From the IMG/VR virus record IMGVR_UViG_3300037991_005796, positions 1-60,823 of that record: a stretch of DNA of 60,823 nt; one strand, written 5' to 3'. The stretch's first letter is position 1. Every line of letters begins with the position of its first letter. Below the pieces are notes generated by a model, which did not search any database, was not told the origin of the DNA, and saw only the letters and a list, made by a program, of their open reading frames with translations. The DNA is from a virus (lineage: Duplodnaviria; Caudoviricetes). Shown in pieces: positions 57,887-60,823 of this stretch. Position numbers and translations under genes: made by a program.

Positions 57887-58127
57887 ACAATCACTTTTTA
57901 AGCAAATACACGAAATAGTATTTCATGGTAAAGGCGGTTATGACTGGGAAACAGTTTATAATATGCCTATATGGTTACGTAAATTTACATATAACTCTAT
58001 AAGAGAGTTTTATGACCAAGAAAAAAAGAGAATAGAAGAATCAAGAAAAGCAGCAAAAGGTAAACAAAGAGGAGTTGCAAAACCAAATACTAAACCATCT
58101 TATAGGACAAAAAGAGCTTCAAAATAG
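57858..58127 (+). CDS. gp51-like ORF without an upstream start codon, probably reached by +1/-2 frameshift
   Basis: Open +1 frame TFFGLTKDYRQSLFKQIHEIVFHGKGGYDWETVYNMPIWLRKF...; first ATG is at 57963, inside the conserved-looking motif; not in the ORF track. Confidence 0.7.
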   Translation, partial: TFFGLTKDYRQSLFKQIHEIVFHGKGGYDWETVYNMPIWLRKFTYNSIREFYDQEKKRIEESRKAAKGKQRGVAKPNTKPSYRTKRASK

Positions 58128-58135
58128 AGCTCTTT
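58111..58135 (+). terminator. Hairpin/possible terminator over the gp51-like stop
   Basis: AAAGAGCT-tcaaaatag-AGCTCTTT; short T tail. Confidence 0.4.
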
Positions 58136-58137
58136 CC

Positions 58138-58145
58138 TATTTATA
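58138..58145 (+). promoter_or_regulatory. TATTTATA putative late promoter
   Basis: 18 nt before tape measure ATG. Confidence 0.6.
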
Positions 58146-58163
58146 TGAAAGAATACCCTATTA

Positions 58164-60647
58164 ATGGCAACTAGAGACGAAGAACAAAGTTCCAAGCGAT
58201 TAGCACAGAATTTGAAAGATGTAGAAAAACTCTTACAGAATATAAGAGTTGAAGCTGCACGTAATGCTAATACGTTTAAGGATATAAATGAAATTCTTAA
58301 AGATAAAAAAACTCTTCATGCGGATATTAGATCAGCAATTAAAGGTTCTGGTGATGCTATAAACTCTTTAAGATCATCTTCAAAAGAACTATCAGGTTTT
58401 GATAAAGAAAGATTAAAAAATCGAAAAGAAACCGAAAAACTTTTAAAAGAAGAAGATAAGGTAGCTAAATCAATAAAACAGTTACAAGCTCAAATTCTTG
58501 TTATAGAAGAAGAAAAAGCAACTCAAAATAAAACAAACCAAAAACTTATTAATAAGCAGTTAGAAGATCTATATGCTGCTTTAGAAACCGGTACAGGACT
58601 TAAAAAACAGTTTGAACAAATAAGAGAAGCGAATGAGGAATTAAATAAAAAGACTGAATTTTTCGACAAATTAGCTTCTGTAGCTAAGGATATACCTATT
58701 TTAGGAAAAGGATTCGGTGAATTTGCTCAAGCTTCTAAAGATATAAGAGATAACTTCGGTTCTAATGCCTTTATGACTGGCTTAGGAGCTATAAGTAAGA
58801 CTCTTGGTAAAGCAGCATTAGTTACTGTAGGTAAAGGTTTAATACAAGCTGATAATCAAATTACAAGTTTAGCTCGTAGCTTAAGTACTAGCAGAGCTAA
58901 CGCAGCAGCATTTAGAGGAGAGATGATAGATGCCGCCATGAAATCAGGTACGCCTGTTAAGTATCTAATGGAAGCTGTTGATTCTGTAAATGAATCTCTA
59001 GGTACTACCGGTATTATAACAACAGACCAAGCTAAACAGTTTTATACATTAACCCGAAGAATGGGAATAAGCCAACAAGCCGCCAACGGATTATTTGAAG
59101 TTGCAGCTGCTACTGGTAAAGAGTTTGAAAACTTTAATGCTGAAATATTTGGCACAGTAAAAGCTTTAAATTCTGTAGAAGGTACAGCTGTAGATGTTAA
59201 AGCTGTAATGGATGATATCGGTAATATGTCAGCAGCTACAACTTTAACTACATCAAAATTCTCTGGAGGGTTAGCTAAAGCAGCATTTACTGCTAGAAAA
59301 TTTGGTCTTGAAATGTCAGGACTAGAAAGTATAGCTGGTAATTTATTAGATTTTGAATCTTCTATTTCAGCCGAACTAGAAGCAGAATTACTTACAGGTA
59401 GACAGTTAAATTTAGAAAATGCCAGAATGGCCGCCTTAAGAGGTGATATGGTAGGTCTAGCTGAAGAACTTAATAAACAGAATATTACAGCCGAAAGTTT
59501 CGGAAAAATGAATGTATTACAGCAAGAAGCTATTGCTAAATCTATGGGAATGTCCAGAGAAGAAATGGCTAAAATGTTTGTAAGACAGGAAGGTATGGCT
59601 AAAGTAGCAGAACAGCTCAACGATGCTAAGTTTATGGAACTTAGTAACGAAGAGCAAATGGCTAAAATTATGCAACTTTCTGGTCAAGAAAGAATTAAAG
59701 CATTACAGGACATAGGAGAAGAAGAAATGGCTCAATCGTATGCTAATATTACAGCTGCTGATGCTCTAGCTAATGCAGCTGACGTAATGACTAATAGTTT
59801 CAAAGGTGATAATTTAAACAAAACTATTACTCAACCATTACAAAGTGATTTCAAAGAATACTTTGGAGGATTCTCAGGAATGGCTACTATGTTGAAGATT
59901 ATGGCAGGAGCAGGGATAGCTTACTATGCTATAGCGTCTGTAAAAAGTGGTTTAGACTTATTTAAATCTTTCAAAGGACCGAAAGGTGGCGGAGGATTGA
60001 TGAAAGGAGCTAAAAATCTTCTTTTTGGTAAAAAAGTAGGTGGACAGTTTATGAAAGGAGGCGGCGGCGCCCGATATGCTGCTGGAGCAGTAAAAGGTGG
60101 TTTAATTCCTATGGCTAAAACAGGTCTTAAATCTGCAGGGTCTATGATAGCTAAAGGCGCAAGCACAGCTGTTACGGCTGGTAAATCTGCTGTTTCTGGA
60201 GTAACTAAAGCAGTTACTAAAACTGGAGCAAAAGCAGTTGGGAAAGGTTTACTTAAAAAAATACCTGTAGTAGGAGCTTTAGCAGGTATAGGATTTGGTC
60301 TACAAAGAGCAATGAAAGGAGATTTTGCTGGTGCATTAGGAGAAGTTGCTTCTGGGGCTGCATCTATTATACCAGGAGTTGGTACTGCAGCTTCTATTGC
60401 AATCGATGCTGGATTAGCAGCAAGAGATATAAGTAAAGCTTCACAAGAATCAAAAAGTATTACTGAAGTTGCAGGAGACGTAAATTCAGCAGCTGATCAA
60501 TCCAATAAAACTAATGAACAGTTATTAAAAGAAAATAAAAGATTGAATTATCAAATATCTCAACTTCTTCTTAAAGAAACTAATATAATAATGGACGGAG
60601 CAAAAGTTGGATCAGCGATAAAGAAAAATACTTATAATACAGCATAA
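58164..60647 (+). CDS. Tape measure protein
   Basis: 827 aa Ala/Gly/Lys-rich helical protein after tube and chaperone genes; LLDFESSISAELEAELLTG; hydrophobic Gly-rich C-terminal region. Confidence 0.82.
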   Translation: MATRDEEQSSKRLAQNLKDVEKLLQNIRVEAARNANTFKDINEILKDKKTLHADIRSAIKGSGDAINSLRSSSKELSGFDKERLKNRKETEKLLKEEDKVAKSIKQLQAQILVIEEEKATQNKTNQKLINKQLEDLYAALETGTGLKKQFEQIREANEELNKKTEFFDKLASVAKDIPILGKGFGEFAQASKDIRDNFGSNAFMTGLGAISKTLGKAALVTVGKGLIQADNQITSLARSLSTSRANAAAFRGEMIDAAMKSGTPVKYLMEAVDSVNESLGTTGIITTDQAKQFYTLTRRMGISQQAANGLFEVAAATGKEFENFNAEIFGTVKALNSVEGTAVDVKAVMDDIGNMSAATTLTTSKFSGGLAKAAFTARKFGLEMSGLESIAGNLLDFESSISAELEAELLTGRQLNLENARMAALRGDMVGLAEELNKQNITAESFGKMNVLQQEAIAKSMGMSREEMAKMFVRQEGMAKVAEQLNDAKFMELSNEEQMAKIMQLSGQERIKALQDIGEEEMAQSYANITAADALANAADVMTNSFKGDNLNKTITQPLQSDFKEYFGGFSGMATMLKIMAGAGIAYYAIASVKSGLDLFKSFKGPKGGGGLMKGAKNLLFGKKVGGQFMKGGGGARYAAGAVKGGLIPMAKTGLKSAGSMIAKGASTAVTAGKSAVSGVTKAVTKTGAKAVGKGLLKKIPVVGALAGIGFGLQRAMKGDFAGALGEVASGAASIIPGVGTAASIAIDAGLAARDISKASQESKSITEVAGDVNSAADQSNKTNEQLLKENKRLNYQISQLLLKETNIIMDGAKVGSAIKKNTYNTA

Positions 60648-60648
60648 C

Positions 60649-60656
60649 TATTTATA
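60649..60656 (+). promoter_or_regulatory. TATTTATA putative late promoter
   Basis: 20 nt before ATG 60677. Confidence 0.6.
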
Positions 60657-60676
60657 ATAAATAAAAATTAAATAAA

Positions 60677-60823
60677 ATGGGAATAATAGATAACTTTAAT
60701 CAAACACCTTCTGATTTAAGCAAAAAAGGACAAACTCCAAAAGTTAACCTTTCTAACTTAGATAAATTAGGAAAAATCTTTACTAAAGATGCTGCTGCAT
60801 CTACTTTAGATTTAGATAACAAG
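60677..60823 (+). CDS. 5' part of a hypothetical protein (runs off window)
   Basis: MGIIDNFNQTPSDLSKKGQTPKV... open to window end. Confidence 0.6.
   Translation, partial: MGIIDNFNQTPSDLSKKGQTPKVNLSNLDKLGKIFTKDAAASTLDLDNK

Noticed and set aside
256-60166. All minus-strand ORFs in the track (e.g. 8074-8334, 8425-8733, 16514-16834, 59042-59620)
   Set aside because: They lie antisense to well-supported + strand genes, have low-complexity shadow composition and show no motifs
2751-60656. Reading the motif as canonical T4 TATAAATA promoters on the minus strand
   Set aside because: There are no credible minus-strand genes, and the motif is positioned consistently relative to + strand starts and terminators; antisense transcription cannot be formally excluded
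1-60823. Stop-codon reassignment, introns/inteins, tRNA genes
   Set aside because: Standard-code ORFs tile the window using all three stops, core genes are uninterrupted, and the few intergenic gaps show no cloverleaf

Overview
The window is a 60.8-kb, entirely + strand segment of a large, AT-rich, T4-related myophage. A Bacteroidota host is a plausible inference, because most starts lack a Shine-Dalgarno sequence and have A/T-rich leaders. Gene order is terminase, portal, head core proteins, prohead protease, scaffold, major capsid, neck/tail-completion genes and Ser/Thr-rich fibre genes. These are followed by a ~32.6-kb block of 40 tightly packed ORFs (21290-53891), then tail sheath, tail tube, a gp26-like protein with a start-less gp51-like +1 ORF, and the tape measure. 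The block encodes glycan machinery with no visible export apparatus: GT7, GT2, GT47-like and GT-B glycosyltransferases, UDP-sugar dehydrogenase, NeuB/NeuA, nucleotidyltransferases, 3 sulfotransferases, 7 SGNH-like proteins, 2 methyltransferases and 2 radical SAM enzymes. The main hypothesis is a phage-encoded virion O-glycosylation system whose candidate sequon, [S/T]-G-S or [S/T]-A-S, is enriched in outer virion proteins. Other observations are a putative +1/-2 frameshift upstream of the tape measure, a TATTTATA late-promoter motif, a second bipartite promoter motif, structured 5' leaders, a repeat-flanked cupredoxin-like domain in a fibre, and a terminator-insulated membrane-protein moron. 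All calls come from motif reading by eye; no searches were run.
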